DNA from: Candidatus Lokiarchaeum ossiferum
GTDB lineage: Archaea > Asgardarchaeota > Lokiarchaeia > Sigyniarchaeales > Promethearchaeaceae
DNA length: 32,000 nt
NCBI GenBank assembly: GCA_025839675.1
Contig: CP104013.1
Coordinates: forward strand, 3,030,001-3,062,000
Direction of reading: 5' to 3'
The translations under genes were made by a program, and so were the position numbers. Positions 1-9,155 of this stretch are shown here, piece after piece; within the stretch, counting starts at the first letter, position 1, and each line of letters begins with the position of its first letter. The notes under the pieces were generated by a model that had not been told where the DNA came from, did not search any database, and worked only from the letters and a program-made list of their open reading frames with translations.

Positions 1-50
1 AGCATTGATTGAAATAGAAGATCTACTTTCGGAATATCCATCGCTACCAT

Positions 51-66
51 TATAATTTATTATATA
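51..66 (+). promoter_or_regulatory. TATA-box-like element upstream of the PAS sensor gene (leaderless-type spacing)
   Basis: The sequence tataatttattatata is centred about 27 nt upstream of the ATG at 87. Archaeal TATA boxes sit about 26-27 nt upstream of the transcription start, so this implies a leaderless or near-leaderless mRNA. No SD motif is seen. Confidence 0.35.
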
Positions 67-86
67 CGCCACCTTAATTTAAATTA

Positions 87-1340
87 ATGACATTGGATGA
101 AAAAAACTCCAAGGAAAATTTAATTCACGACATTCATGTATTACAGACGAAATTAAAACAATACATCGATATTCGTACCCCATTTAAACTAACTGAGGAT
201 CACCCAGAGAATTTTGATTTTGAGCGGTATCAAAAAATGAATCGACGATCCTTGGAATTAATCTTACAATCCTTGCAAGAACAGATCAAATTTTATGAAG
301 AGGCAGATGCAAATCCTATTGATATTAAAAAACCGAAGAATATGCCTGTAAATGTATTTTTTGATATTTTTCTTAATTCAGGAATGGCCACTATCATTGA
401 AAATGATCTCAGCCAAACCATTTTGATCAATCAACAAGCGTGTAATCTCTTTGGTTATTCTGCCCAAGAATTGTTATCACTTCATCCAACGGATCTACAA
501 CATATAACCCAAGAAAAATCATTAGTACCTATCTATACTGATGGTAAATTAAACCGGTTCACAACTTATGAAACCAATTTTAAACGGAAAGATGGTAGTA
601 TTTTTCCAGGGGAATTACGATTAATTCGATTAGAATATAATGTCTCAGTGTACGTAGTTGCAATGATCACTGATATTTCTAAACGAAAACGAGCAGAAGC
701 AAAACAACAAGCCCTAATTGTAGAATTGCAAGAAGCATTATCAAAAATTCAGCAATTGCAAAAATTAGTCCCTGTATGTGGGATGTGTAAAAAAATTCGT
801 AACGATCAAGGGTATTGGAATCAGCTTGATACTTTTGTGCAAGAAGTTGCAGATGTCTCTTTCAGCTATGAACTCTGCCCAGACTGCAAAAAAAAGAACT
901 GGCGCTTGATTTTAAGTTATTTTGATGCGTTCTTTGGACCAATAATACTGCATTTCACACCAAAAGATGAAAAAATGGAAGAATTTCAAGACTTACCACT
1001 ATTGTTAGATTACGAAAAAGAGGGCTATTTTGAAATGACTTTGGGGCAAGCTCGTATTCTAAATTTGCAATATAAACTTTCAAGTATGCAAGCTCGCGGT
1101 CAACATGAATTGATCATGATATCATTTGCCGTGTTTGATGGAAATATCAATGAAGAAATCGGAAAAGAAATTATTGAGGATATCTTAGATCGAATGCTTA
1201 AAATCGAAAATGTGGAAATTGTTTTTAACAATCAATCCCAAAAAACCCCCGAAGGTATGGCAAAATTTAAAGAAATTGAAGAAATTTTCCAAGAAGTATA
1301 TAATTCCATCGAAAATAAGCTAAAAGCACATTTATATTAG
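87..1340 (+). CDS. PAS-domain sensor with coiled-coil linker, 4-Cys CKKIRxD-type module and an uncharacterised C-terminal extension
   Basis: 417-aa ORF with an ATG start. It has a PAS-like block (MATIIENDLSQTILINQQACNLFGYSAQELL...FKRKDGSIFPGEL...ITDISKRKRAE) followed by a heptad-like linker (QQALIVELQEALSKIQQLQKL). The 4-Cys module VCGMCKKIRNDQGYWNQLD...SYELCPDC lies at nt 777-887. About 150 further aa carry no recognisable motif. Confidence 0.75.
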   Translation: MTLDEKNSKENLIHDIHVLQTKLKQYIDIRTPFKLTEDHPENFDFERYQKMNRRSLELILQSLQEQIKFYEEADANPIDIKKPKNMPVNVFFDIFLNSGMATIIENDLSQTILINQQACNLFGYSAQELLSLHPTDLQHITQEKSLVPIYTDGKLNRFTTYETNFKRKDGSIFPGELRLIRLEYNVSVYVVAMITDISKRKRAEAKQQALIVELQEALSKIQQLQKLVPVCGMCKKIRNDQGYWNQLDTFVQEVADVSFSYELCPDCKKKNWRLILSYFDAFFGPIILHFTPKDEKMEEFQDLPLLLDYEKEGYFEMTLGQARILNLQYKLSSMQARGQHELIMISFAVFDGNINEEIGKEIIEDILDRMLKIENVEIVFNNQSQKTPEGMAKFKEIEEIFQEVYNSIENKLKAHLY

Positions 1341-1351
1341 GTTGTTTTGCC

Positions 1352-2182
1352 ATGAGAAATAAACCGACGATCCAAATAATATTTTTTTCCCCAACTGGCA
1401 ATACTCGAAAAATATGTGCCACGATAGCCAACGGAACTCAATTACCGCTGGCATCTCCCCCCTTTTTAAATATTTCATCAATTAATCTCCGTGACAAAAA
1501 TAAGATTAACATTGCAGGAGATATTATCATTTTGGGATCACCCGTATATGTTGAAACGATGCCCAAGACGGTTTTTGAAGTTATTCAAAAACTGGAGGGA
1601 CAAGGGAAGTGGATCATTCCGGTGGCCGTAAATGGCAATGTGTCTTTTGGCAGATGTTTAGAAGAATTAATTGGGTTATTGCGTAACAGAGGTTTTAAAA
1701 TTCTTGCGGGAGCGAAGTTTGTAGGTCGTAATTCTCTTTCAAATGAGACCCTTCTTTTAGGAGAAAATCGCCCTGATGCAACAGATATTAAACGAGCCAC
1801 CAAATTTGGCCAAAATCTCTGGAAAAAATGGCAAGAAGGCCCCGAAGAAATCACCATTAAAGGAAGTATTCCTGACTTTATTCAGGGGCATCCTGAAATT
1901 CGGGCCCGAAGAATGGTCAAAATCCCGCAAATAGATCTTATATTGTGCACCAAATGTCGTGAATGTTGGGCAGCTTGTCCGGTTGAGGCAATTGATTTTG
2001 ATTGCTTCACCCAGATGGATTTTGATCTGGTAATTGACAAAGAGAAATGCATTCGATGTTTTGCATGTGTGCAAAGTTGTCCCTTTGGAGCATTAACCAA
2101 AGAATTGACTATGCCACCAGAGATGAAAGCAGATTTCGACCAATATACGGAAATTTATCAAAAACCTGAGATTTTTCTTTAA
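1352..2182 (+). CDS. Flavodoxin-like / 2x[4Fe-4S] ferredoxin fusion protein
   Basis: The N-terminus IIFFSPTGNTRKI is the flavodoxin-type FMN loop. The C-terminus has two ferredoxin cluster motifs, CTKCRECWAACP and CIRCFACVQSCP. The gene starts 12 nt after the stop of the PAS gene. Confidence 0.8.
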   Translation: MRNKPTIQIIFFSPTGNTRKICATIANGTQLPLASPPFLNISSINLRDKNKINIAGDIIILGSPVYVETMPKTVFEVIQKLEGQGKWIIPVAVNGNVSFGRCLEELIGLLRNRGFKILAGAKFVGRNSLSNETLLLGENRPDATDIKRATKFGQNLWKKWQEGPEEITIKGSIPDFIQGHPEIRARRMVKIPQIDLILCTKCRECWAACPVEAIDFDCFTQMDFDLVIDKEKCIRCFACVQSCPFGALTKELTMPPEMKADFDQYTEIYQKPEIFL

Positions 2183-2265
2183 TACTTCAGTTCATTGAAA
2201 TTTCATTTTTCTCTAAAAACTCAAGGTGAATCTTTAATTTCTTTTTCAGCATTTGTATAACCATA

Positions 2266-3618
2266 ATGATTACTTCAGAATTACTTGACGAAACAGTCAA
2301 TCTTCTTTCAAAACTTATTCAAAATCGGTGTGTAAACCCGCCAGGAACGGAACTGGTAAATATCAAGACGATCGGGGAATATTTATCTACGAAAGGGGTT
2401 GAATATCAAATCTTTGAATCAGCTCCAAACAGAGGTAATTTATGGGCAAAACTCTCGGGAACAAGCGATGCACCTTCGATGATGTTCGGTCCTTCCCATG
2501 TAGATGTAGTGCCGATTGCCAAACCTAAAGCATGGACTGTTGACCCATTTGCAGGCGAAATAAAAGATGGTTTTGTCTGGGGCCGAGGGGCGATGGACAT
2601 GCTATTCATTGTTGCCACCCAAACCGTCGCTTTTGCCCAACTGCATCAAGAGAAATTTCAACCAAAAGGAGATTTAATCCTATTCATCGTAGCCGATGAA
2701 GAAGCGGGGGGAACCTTTGGGGTGAACTGGATGCTTGAACATCACCCCGATTTATTGAAAGTTGATTTTTGTGTTTCAGAAATGGGAGGTGCAGCCTTAG
2801 ATGAAGGAAAAGTTGTGTTTATGCTGGGTGAAAAAGGGGGAGCTTGGAAAAAAATTACTTTTACGGGCACTCCAGGGCATGGATCTATGCCGTATGCAAG
2901 CGATAATGCCGCAGTTAAAGCAGCCAAAGCCATATTGCGAATTCGAAAGTATGGTGACTCACAAATACCATTAACTACCGAATATTTAACGTATCTTGCT
3001 GATGGATTAGGAATGGGGAAGCTTCAAAAATTTATGATTACGACTCCCCTCTTATTGCCTATGACGCTCAAGCTTCTTAATAAAAAAGACCCTAATACTG
3101 CAAAAATTGTTCATAGTTTAAGTCGGATGACGATGTCACCCAATATGGTGTCAGGAGGAGTTAAAGCGAACGTCATTCCTGCTGAAACTTCAATTGTCGT
3201 TGATATTCGAACTTTACCAGGGCAAGATGATGTATATGTTATGAAACACTTGCAAAAGGCGTTGGGAGATCTCGCTCTAAAGGCAAGAATTGAGGCAATT
3301 TCTGAAGAAGATGGGGGAATTGCATCTAGTGGAAATGCAAGTGTGCCTCAATCTAACTTTGTATCAGCTATGCAAGAAGCTGTAAATCAAGAAATCCCTG
3401 GATCGACGTTAGTTCCCTTCCTGATGCCTGGTGTCACAGATATGCGCTATTTTCGCGACCGCGGAGCCCAATGTTATGGATTTTCACTATTAGATCCAAA
3501 AACGAGCACCAAAGATATGGCAGGATTACCTCATGGTGTAGATGAACGAATTCGGATTCGAACCGTGGAATTGACTCTCAAAGTCTACTACAATCTTGCT
3601 CAAATATTTCTAAAATAG
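2266..3618 (+). CDS. M20 family metallopeptidase (ArgE/DapE/CPG2-like)
   Basis: 450 aa. M20 hallmarks are present: PSHVDVVP, VADEEAGG, GTPGHGSMP and a C-terminal GVTDMRYF...PHGVDERI. Confidence 0.85.
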   Translation: MITSELLDETVNLLSKLIQNRCVNPPGTELVNIKTIGEYLSTKGVEYQIFESAPNRGNLWAKLSGTSDAPSMMFGPSHVDVVPIAKPKAWTVDPFAGEIKDGFVWGRGAMDMLFIVATQTVAFAQLHQEKFQPKGDLILFIVADEEAGGTFGVNWMLEHHPDLLKVDFCVSEMGGAALDEGKVVFMLGEKGGAWKKITFTGTPGHGSMPYASDNAAVKAAKAILRIRKYGDSQIPLTTEYLTYLADGLGMGKLQKFMITTPLLLPMTLKLLNKKDPNTAKIVHSLSRMTMSPNMVSGGVKANVIPAETSIVVDIRTLPGQDDVYVMKHLQKALGDLALKARIEAISEEDGGIASSGNASVPQSNFVSAMQEAVNQEIPGSTLVPFLMPGVTDMRYFRDRGAQCYGFSLLDPKTSTKDMAGLPHGVDERIRIRTVELTLKVYYNLAQIFLK

Positions 3619-3627
3619 TTTTTTTTT
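3619..3627 (+). terminator. Oligo-T tract after the M20 gene
   Basis: A T9 run begins directly after the TAG stop at 3616-3618. Archaeal RNAP terminates at oligo-T. The tract lies between convergent genes. Confidence 0.4.
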
Positions 3628-3640
3628 CTTTTGTTGCTAT

Positions 3641-4153
3641 TTATGATTTTTCTGTGACCAAAGTAGACCATGGAACTTGTTTTACAGTCGGACGTAAAAA
3701 ATGATCGTCTTCAACTACGTTAAAGGTAAGATGAGGAAATATAGAAATAGATTTTTGGCGTACAATATTTATGGATACAACTTGATCTTGTTGACCGTGA
3801 TATATGGTAGTGGGAACAGATAAAGATGGAATATCCATATTTTGGGGCATATACGGAGGAATTAAGGCCGGGGCAAATAAAATGAGTTGATCTACCTTTT
3901 CAGGAAATTTACTCGCGTATTTAACAGACATCAATCCACCAAAACTGGACCCAATTAATATCCAATCATCATGCGGAGCTAAAATTGGAATTAATTGTTC
4001 CATACGTTCTTCAAGTTCTCCCGTAAAATTAGGAGTTAGAATGTGCGGAAAGATTGTTTTAAGATAGGTTCCTTTATATCCTTGACCAGAACTCTCATAA
4101 CCATGAATGAAAATGATATTTTTTCGGTAAATGGGAGTTGTTTGCTTTTCCAT
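3641..4153 (-). CDS. Small alpha/beta-fold hydrolase (YqiA-like esterase)
   Basis: 170 aa. It has the IFIHGYESSG oxyanion region, a nucleophile elbow GSSFGG (GxSxG), and late D and H residues (QQDQVV, EDDHF). Confidence 0.7.
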   Translation of the reverse strand: MEKQTTPIYRKNIIFIHGYESSGQGYKGTYLKTIFPHILTPNFTGELEERMEQLIPILAPHDDWILIGSSFGGLMSVKYASKFPEKVDQLILFAPALIPPYMPQNMDIPSLSVPTTIYHGQQDQVVSINIVRQKSISIFPHLTFNVVEDDHFLRPTVKQVPWSTLVTEKS

Positions 4154-4215
4154 AATTAGAGATACTCATAGCGAAACAAAAACTTTTTCAAGGAAACACT
4201 CTAGTTTTCCGTAAG

Positions 4216-5049
4216 ATGCAAATCGAACCCATGTGTTTTGAAGACCTTGAATTTGCCTTGAAGTTAATAGATATCGAAAAATGGGGACAAGGGCGGGAGG
4301 AAGTGGAGGATTTATTTGAGTTATCCCCAGACACTATTTTTATTGCAAAAGTTGAAGGGACCCCCGTTGGAATGGCGTTTGGAGTAAAATATGATAAATA
4401 TGCATTTTTAGCAGATGTAATTGTGTGTGAAGAAGAGCGCGGGAAAGGATATGGAAAAAAATTAGTCCAACATACCCTTGCTACCCTTAATCAACAGGGA
4501 ATTGAAAATATTTATTTAGATGGTGTACCCAAGATCACTCCGTTATATGCTGCTGAAGGATTTAAACCTATGTGTAAATCGTTTCGACTATATGGACAAA
4601 TTCCTTTTCAATCTTCAGATCGGATACGTCAAATGGAAGAATCTGATTTAGATGAAATATGTGCGATGGATTTCAAATATTTTCAAAGTGATCGTTCTTT
4701 ATTGTTGATAACTCTATTTCAAAAACATCCAGATTTATGCAAAGTCTACATTGAAGAGAACCAAATCCAAGGATATATCATGGCAGCCCCCAGGGAAAAT
4801 TGCATTAAAGTGGGACCATGGGTGGTCAATAATCCCAAAAAAAGCGTGAAATGCATGCTGACAAGTTTCGGTTCACCTTCAGAAACCCCCCAACTCTTTA
4901 TAGGTATCTTAGAATCTCAACAACAAGCACTTCAAATTGCTACAGATTTGGGATTTGAGTCACATTATTTCTCTATCCGCATGCATCGCGGACCAAATCC
5001 AATTTCAACCCCCCATATTTTCGCCATTATGGGTCCCGATCGCGGATAA
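4216..5049 (+). CDS. GNAT family N-acetyltransferase with C-terminal accessory domain
   Basis: 277 aa. The acetyl-CoA motif A is present as VCEEERGKGYGKKLVQH (RxxGxG). The second half has no clear motif. Confidence 0.75.
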   Translation: MQIEPMCFEDLEFALKLIDIEKWGQGREEVEDLFELSPDTIFIAKVEGTPVGMAFGVKYDKYAFLADVIVCEEERGKGYGKKLVQHTLATLNQQGIENIYLDGVPKITPLYAAEGFKPMCKSFRLYGQIPFQSSDRIRQMEESDLDEICAMDFKYFQSDRSLLLITLFQKHPDLCKVYIEENQIQGYIMAAPRENCIKVGPWVVNNPKKSVKCMLTSFGSPSETPQLFIGILESQQQALQIATDLGFESHYFSIRMHRGPNPISTPHIFAIMGPDRG

Positions 5050-5097
5050 AAAATTTTCAACCAAATCTATAAAACTATTTTCCAACAATATTTATCC

Positions 5098-6003
5098 ATG
5101 ACATTTTCAATTGTTGCATATGATCCCAATACGGGAGATTTTGGGGTTGCAGTTCAGAGTAAATTTATCTGTGTTGGACCAGTTGTACCGTTTGCCCAAG
5201 CAAATGTAGGAGCAGTTGCCACTCAGGCACATTGTAATACGTCTTTTGGCCCGAGAGGATTAGAACTGATGGGTTCAGGTATGAAAGCAGATGATGCATT
5301 AAAAAAAATACTTGCTAATGATGAACTTAAGGATCATCGACAAGTAGGACTGATAGATTCCTATGGAAATGCGACAGCTTTCACTGGAAAGGAATGTTTT
5401 CATTGGGCGGGACATATTATTGGAGATCATTTTACTTGTCAAGGAAATATATTAATCAGCGCAGACACAGTCGAAGGAATGGCAAAGGCATATGAAACGA
5501 CGAAGGGAGATCTTCCCACCCGATTACTCGCTGCACTTCATTCAGCGGATCAAGAAGGTCGAGGAGATGCGCGAGGTCAACAATCTGCTTCTTTACTGGT
5601 AGTTCGCGAGAAGGGGGGATATGGAGGGTTTACCGATCGATGGGTAGACATCAGGGTTGATGAACATCCACATCCAATCAAAGAATTGCATCGTATCTTT
5701 CAAATTTATGATATGACCATGCTGGAACGAGAAAATCCTGCTAGGTTACTGCCTCTTGATAAAAATCGTATTGAAAATATAATTGCTGTTCTTGAAGAAT
5801 TGGGATATCTTTCATCAAATCATGGGGGACCTCGTGATAGTTGGACCACCGAATATGCTAAAGCTTTTGAAAATTGGATTGGCATTAATAATTTCGAGAA
5901 TAAATGGCGAAATGATGGCAAAATTTGGCAATCCATCTATGATTATATGCTGAAGGAAAAAGGAACCCCCTTTGTGTCCTTGAAAAAAATGTCCGAAATA
6001 TAA
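5098..6003 (+). CDS. DUF1028 family Ntn-hydrolase-like protein with C-terminal helical (PG-binding-like) domain
   Basis: The N-terminus MTFSIVAYDPNTGDFGVAVQSKF matches the DUF1028 signature, with Thr2 as the putative nucleophile. 301 aa. Confidence 0.8.
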   Translation: MTFSIVAYDPNTGDFGVAVQSKFICVGPVVPFAQANVGAVATQAHCNTSFGPRGLELMGSGMKADDALKKILANDELKDHRQVGLIDSYGNATAFTGKECFHWAGHIIGDHFTCQGNILISADTVEGMAKAYETTKGDLPTRLLAALHSADQEGRGDARGQQSASLLVVREKGGYGGFTDRWVDIRVDEHPHPIKELHRIFQIYDMTMLERENPARLLPLDKNRIENIIAVLEELGYLSSNHGGPRDSWTTEYAKAFENWIGINNFENKWRNDGKIWQSIYDYMLKEKGTPFVSLKKMSEI

Positions 6004-6040
6004 ACGTAATGAAAAAACTTAGGGAAAAAAAGAGAAGAAA

Positions 6041-7249
6041 TTATTCTTTTCGATAGGCGATGTTTCCATCAACCATAGTCAGAAGATTCTCGGCATAAAA
6101 GTTTTTTACAGGATGGGCCGACCAAACTACTAAATCGGCATCCTTTCCTTCTTCGATAGATCCGATTCGATCTCCCACACCACACATTTTAGCAGCATCT
6201 ATGGTAACTGCACGTAATGCTGTTACAACAGGTAATCCATACTTAACTGCCATACATGGAAGCAGTTGAAAGTATAAGGGACGGGGCACCATATCAGATT
6301 GGATAGATATCATCACTCCTGCTTTGTGTAAAATACTGGGGGTATCAAAAGTTATGTGACGTAATTCACTTTTATGGAAACCGACAAGCGAAGGTCCCAC
6401 AGAAACTGGGATGTTTTTAGAGGCAATAAAATCGGCAATTTTGTGCCCTTCCGTCCCGTGGACAATCATCAAATCTAAATTAAATTCCTCAGCCAGCCGG
6501 ATCGCGGTCACTATATCATTATGTTGGTGACAGTGAATATGTATGGGAATTTCGCGTTTTAAAACCTTCAATAATAATTCTTTATCATTATCAAGATCAG
6601 GACAAGAAGGGATCTTATCTAACTCGTTTTTCTCTTCAGCATCATGTTTCTTTTTGGAATACTCTTCCCATTTCCGGCCGTAAGTTTGAGCTTCTACAAA
6701 TGCTTTTCGAAAGATTGCAGCAATCCCCATTCGAGTTTTGGCTCGATTAGGAGTAAAAGTAAATTTGCAATTCTCTCCCAATGCTGCTTTCATTGCAGAA
6801 GGTGCTTTTAAGATATAATCTTCCACTTGGTTCGATTTGGCGTAGGTTTTAACGAGAGCAAATTGACCACCAATAACATTTGCCGAACCAGGACCAGTAT
6901 TAATAGTGGTAACACCTCCTTTCGCACTTTCCTTAAATGCGGGCCCTTCAATATTGATTGCATCAATTACACGCAGCATAGGGGTGGTGGGAAAGGAAGC
7001 TTCATTACCATCAACACCCATTTCCCCTACAGTTCCATCAAAGATGCCTTCGTGTGTGTGACTATTCACAAAACCTGGAACAATGCATTTTCCTTGGACA
7101 TCGATGACTTCAACGTCTGTTGGAATTTGATCAGAATTTGGTAAAATTTTTTCAATTTTCCCGTGGCGAATAATGATAGTGCCTGATTCAATAACTTCAT
7201 CGGTTGAATTGCAAGTATAAATCTTTCCGTTTGTAAGTGCGTATGTCAT
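6041..7249 (-). CDS. Metal-dependent amidohydrolase (COG1228-like), paralog A
   Basis: It has the HxH metal motif GFVNSHTHEG and later HCHQHND and DADL motifs. The start was trimmed from the track (7297) to the ATG at 7249 (MTYALTNGKIY) by alignment to the upstream paralog (MTYAIKNGKIY). An ATG at 7255 is also possible. Confidence 0.85.
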   Translation of the reverse strand: MTYALTNGKIYTCNSTDEVIESGTIIIRHGKIEKILPNSDQIPTDVEVIDVQGKCIVPGFVNSHTHEGIFDGTVGEMGVDGNEASFPTTPMLRVIDAINIEGPAFKESAKGGVTTINTGPGSANVIGGQFALVKTYAKSNQVEDYILKAPSAMKAALGENCKFTFTPNRAKTRMGIAAIFRKAFVEAQTYGRKWEEYSKKKHDAEEKNELDKIPSCPDLDNDKELLLKVLKREIPIHIHCHQHNDIVTAIRLAEEFNLDLMIVHGTEGHKIADFIASKNIPVSVGPSLVGFHKSELRHITFDTPSILHKAGVMISIQSDMVPRPLYFQLLPCMAVKYGLPVVTALRAVTIDAAKMCGVGDRIGSIEEGKDADLVVWSAHPVKNFYAENLLTMVDGNIAYRKE

Positions 7250-7262
7250 TTCCATTCCTTCA

Positions 7263-8477
7263 TTACTCTTTCTTATATGCGATTTCCCCAGAAACAAATG
7301 TCATCTCATTTTCAGCATAAAAATTGGCTACTGGATGATCTGACCAAATTATCAAATCAGCATCTTTTCCTACTTCCAAAGATCCCACACGATCTCCAAT
7401 CCCACACATTTCAGCAGCATCAATAGTAACAGCCCGAAGTGCTGCATTGATTGGCAATCCATTTTTAACTGCCATACATGGAAGTATCTGGAAGTATAAT
7501 AATCTTGGAAATGTATCTGATTGAATTGAAAATTTCACTCCAGCTTTGTGCAATATTCCTGGAGTTTCAAAAGAAATATCGCGTAACTCACTTTTTTCAT
7601 AACCAACAATTGAAGGTCCAACAGACACAGGAATTTTCTTTTCCGCTAAAAATTCAGCGATTTTATGGCCTTCTGTACAATGAACAATCATTAAATCAAG
7701 ATTAAATTCTTCCGCCAATCGAACAGCAGTAGTAATATCATTATGCTGATGACAATGAATATGAATCGGAATCTCCCGTTTGAGCACTTTCAAAAGAATC
7801 TCTTTATCTAAATCCCGATCGGGCTCGGAAGGTATTTTATCAATTTCTTGCTTTTCTTCAGCTTGCTTTTTCTTTGTATAATATTCATCCCATTTGTTAC
7901 CGTAAGCTTGAGCATCAATGAAAGCTTTTCGGAAAACAGCTGCAATCCCCATTCGAGTCATGGGCATTTTCTTATCTCGTCCATAAACTCGTTTTGGATT
8001 TTCTCCTAAAGCCGCTTTCATAGCGGAGGGAGCTTTGATAATGTAATCTTCAACCATTTTTGTTTTAGCAAAGGTTTTGATTAGAGCAAATTGGCCCCCA
8101 ATGACATTAGCTGAACCTGGACCGGTGTTAATTGTGGTAACTCCACCTTTGACAGCTTCCATTAAAGCAGGGTCCTCGGTATTAATAGCATCCATCACTC
8201 GCACCATAGGTGTGACTGGATTTACCATTTCATTCACATCAAAGCCCATTTCTCCGACTGTACCGTTGTATACACCTTCATGTGTATGGGAATTTACGAA
8301 TCCTGGCGTAATAATCTTCCCTTGAGCGTCGATTATTTCGAATCCAGCAGGAATTGTTTCCCCTTCAGCAAGAATTGATTTAATTTTACCATCTGCAATT
8401 AAAATCGTACCATTTTCAATTATTGAATCTTTGTGATCACAGGAATAAATTTTTCCATTTTTTATCGCGTAGGTCAT
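7263..8477 (-). CDS. Metal-dependent amidohydrolase (COG1228-like), paralog B
   Basis: Roughly 70% amino-acid identity by eye to paralog A along the full length, with the same HTHEG, HCHQHND and KDADL motifs. The start was trimmed to the ATG at 8477. Confidence 0.85.
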   Translation of the reverse strand: MTYAIKNGKIYSCDHKDSIIENGTILIADGKIKSILAEGETIPAGFEIIDAQGKIITPGFVNSHTHEGVYNGTVGEMGFDVNEMVNPVTPMVRVMDAINTEDPALMEAVKGGVTTINTGPGSANVIGGQFALIKTFAKTKMVEDYIIKAPSAMKAALGENPKRVYGRDKKMPMTRMGIAAVFRKAFIDAQAYGNKWDEYYTKKKQAEEKQEIDKIPSEPDRDLDKEILLKVLKREIPIHIHCHQHNDITTAVRLAEEFNLDLMIVHCTEGHKIAEFLAEKKIPVSVGPSIVGYEKSELRDISFETPGILHKAGVKFSIQSDTFPRLLYFQILPCMAVKNGLPINAALRAVTIDAAEMCGIGDRVGSLEVGKDADLIIWSDHPVANFYAENEMTFVSGEIAYKKE

Positions 8478-8578
8478 ATTAAAGAAATCAAAAACCACAT
8501 CGCATAAAAAATATCTAGATTAAACATTTGAAAAAGGGAGAAAAAAACAAACATATTTAAACATTTAAATCTCTAACT

Positions 8579-8962
8579 TTAAAGAAGATTCCATGCCCAT
8601 CGATTAAGATTAATGGCTGCAATGGTTGGTGGGAATCGACTGGTCGCATTTAAATGAGCTACCACATAATTATCTTTCTTTGTTTTAGTACCCACGAGCG
8701 CCCCTTGTCCTTTCACATTCCGTGCAGCAAATTGTAAGATTTCGTGACTTAAAATGGGATAGCGAACTTCGCCGATTACAACTGCAGATTGTTTAGTCAA
8801 CCATGCTTCCATTAAAGATTTTGCTTCAATTTCCGTGATATAATTCGGATTAAGTGAAAATAGGAGATCCCCTTTCTCTGAAAATATCATCAATTCTTCA
8901 AACCCATTGTTTGCATCTTGAAATTCTTTGTATTTTTCAATAATTTGTTCTGTTTCCATCAT
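8579..8962 (-). CDS. Profilin-like protein (Asgard-type)
   Basis: The C-terminal two thirds align by eye to the profilin core. VVIGEVRYPIL matches LGGxKYMVI, ARNVKGQGALVGTKTKKDNYVVAHL matches IRGKKGxGGvtikKTxqalviGiY, and PPTIAAINLNRWAWNLL matches PgqcnxvVExLgDYL. The track start (a TTG at 8995) was trimmed to the ATG at 8962, which has GGAGAG upstream. Confidence 0.6.
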   Translation of the reverse strand: MMETEQIIEKYKEFQDANNGFEELMIFSEKGDLLFSLNPNYITEIEAKSLMEAWLTKQSAVVIGEVRYPILSHEILQFAARNVKGQGALVGTKTKKDNYVVAHLNATSRFPPTIAAINLNRWAWNLL

Positions 8963-9155
8963 TTTTTGCTCTCCAATTTGATGTGTTATCAACAATTCAC
9001 AAATTTTTATTAATATGGTATATTTAACTTCATAATTATTAAATTATAGATTTCGATTCTTGAACTTAAATCCATCTATTTTTTATGATCTACAGGTTCA
9101 CCGCCATCGGTTCGTGAACAAATAAAACCAATTATTACATTTGGTGAGAACTACA

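Noticed and set aside
1-86. Possible 3' end of an upstream plus-strand gene (frame 1 reads S-I-D-stop at 1-12).
   Set aside because: Only three codons are visible, which cannot be supported from this window.
1585-2100. Three minus-strand ORFs (1585-1857, 1757-2074, 1882-2100) antisense to the flavodoxin/ferredoxin gene.
   Set aside because: They lie entirely within a motif-supported plus-strand CDS. Their low-complexity, Arg/Ser/Pro-rich translations are typical of antisense shadow frames, and they carry no motifs.
8521-8570. Repeated TAAACATTT motif (twice) between the profilin stop and the amidohydrolase B start.
   Set aside because: The repeat is short (9 nt), AT-rich and not obviously spaced like a BRE/TATA element or operator. 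The region is better explained as the profilin oligo-T terminator (minus strand tttttttctcccttttt) plus the amidohydrolase promoter.
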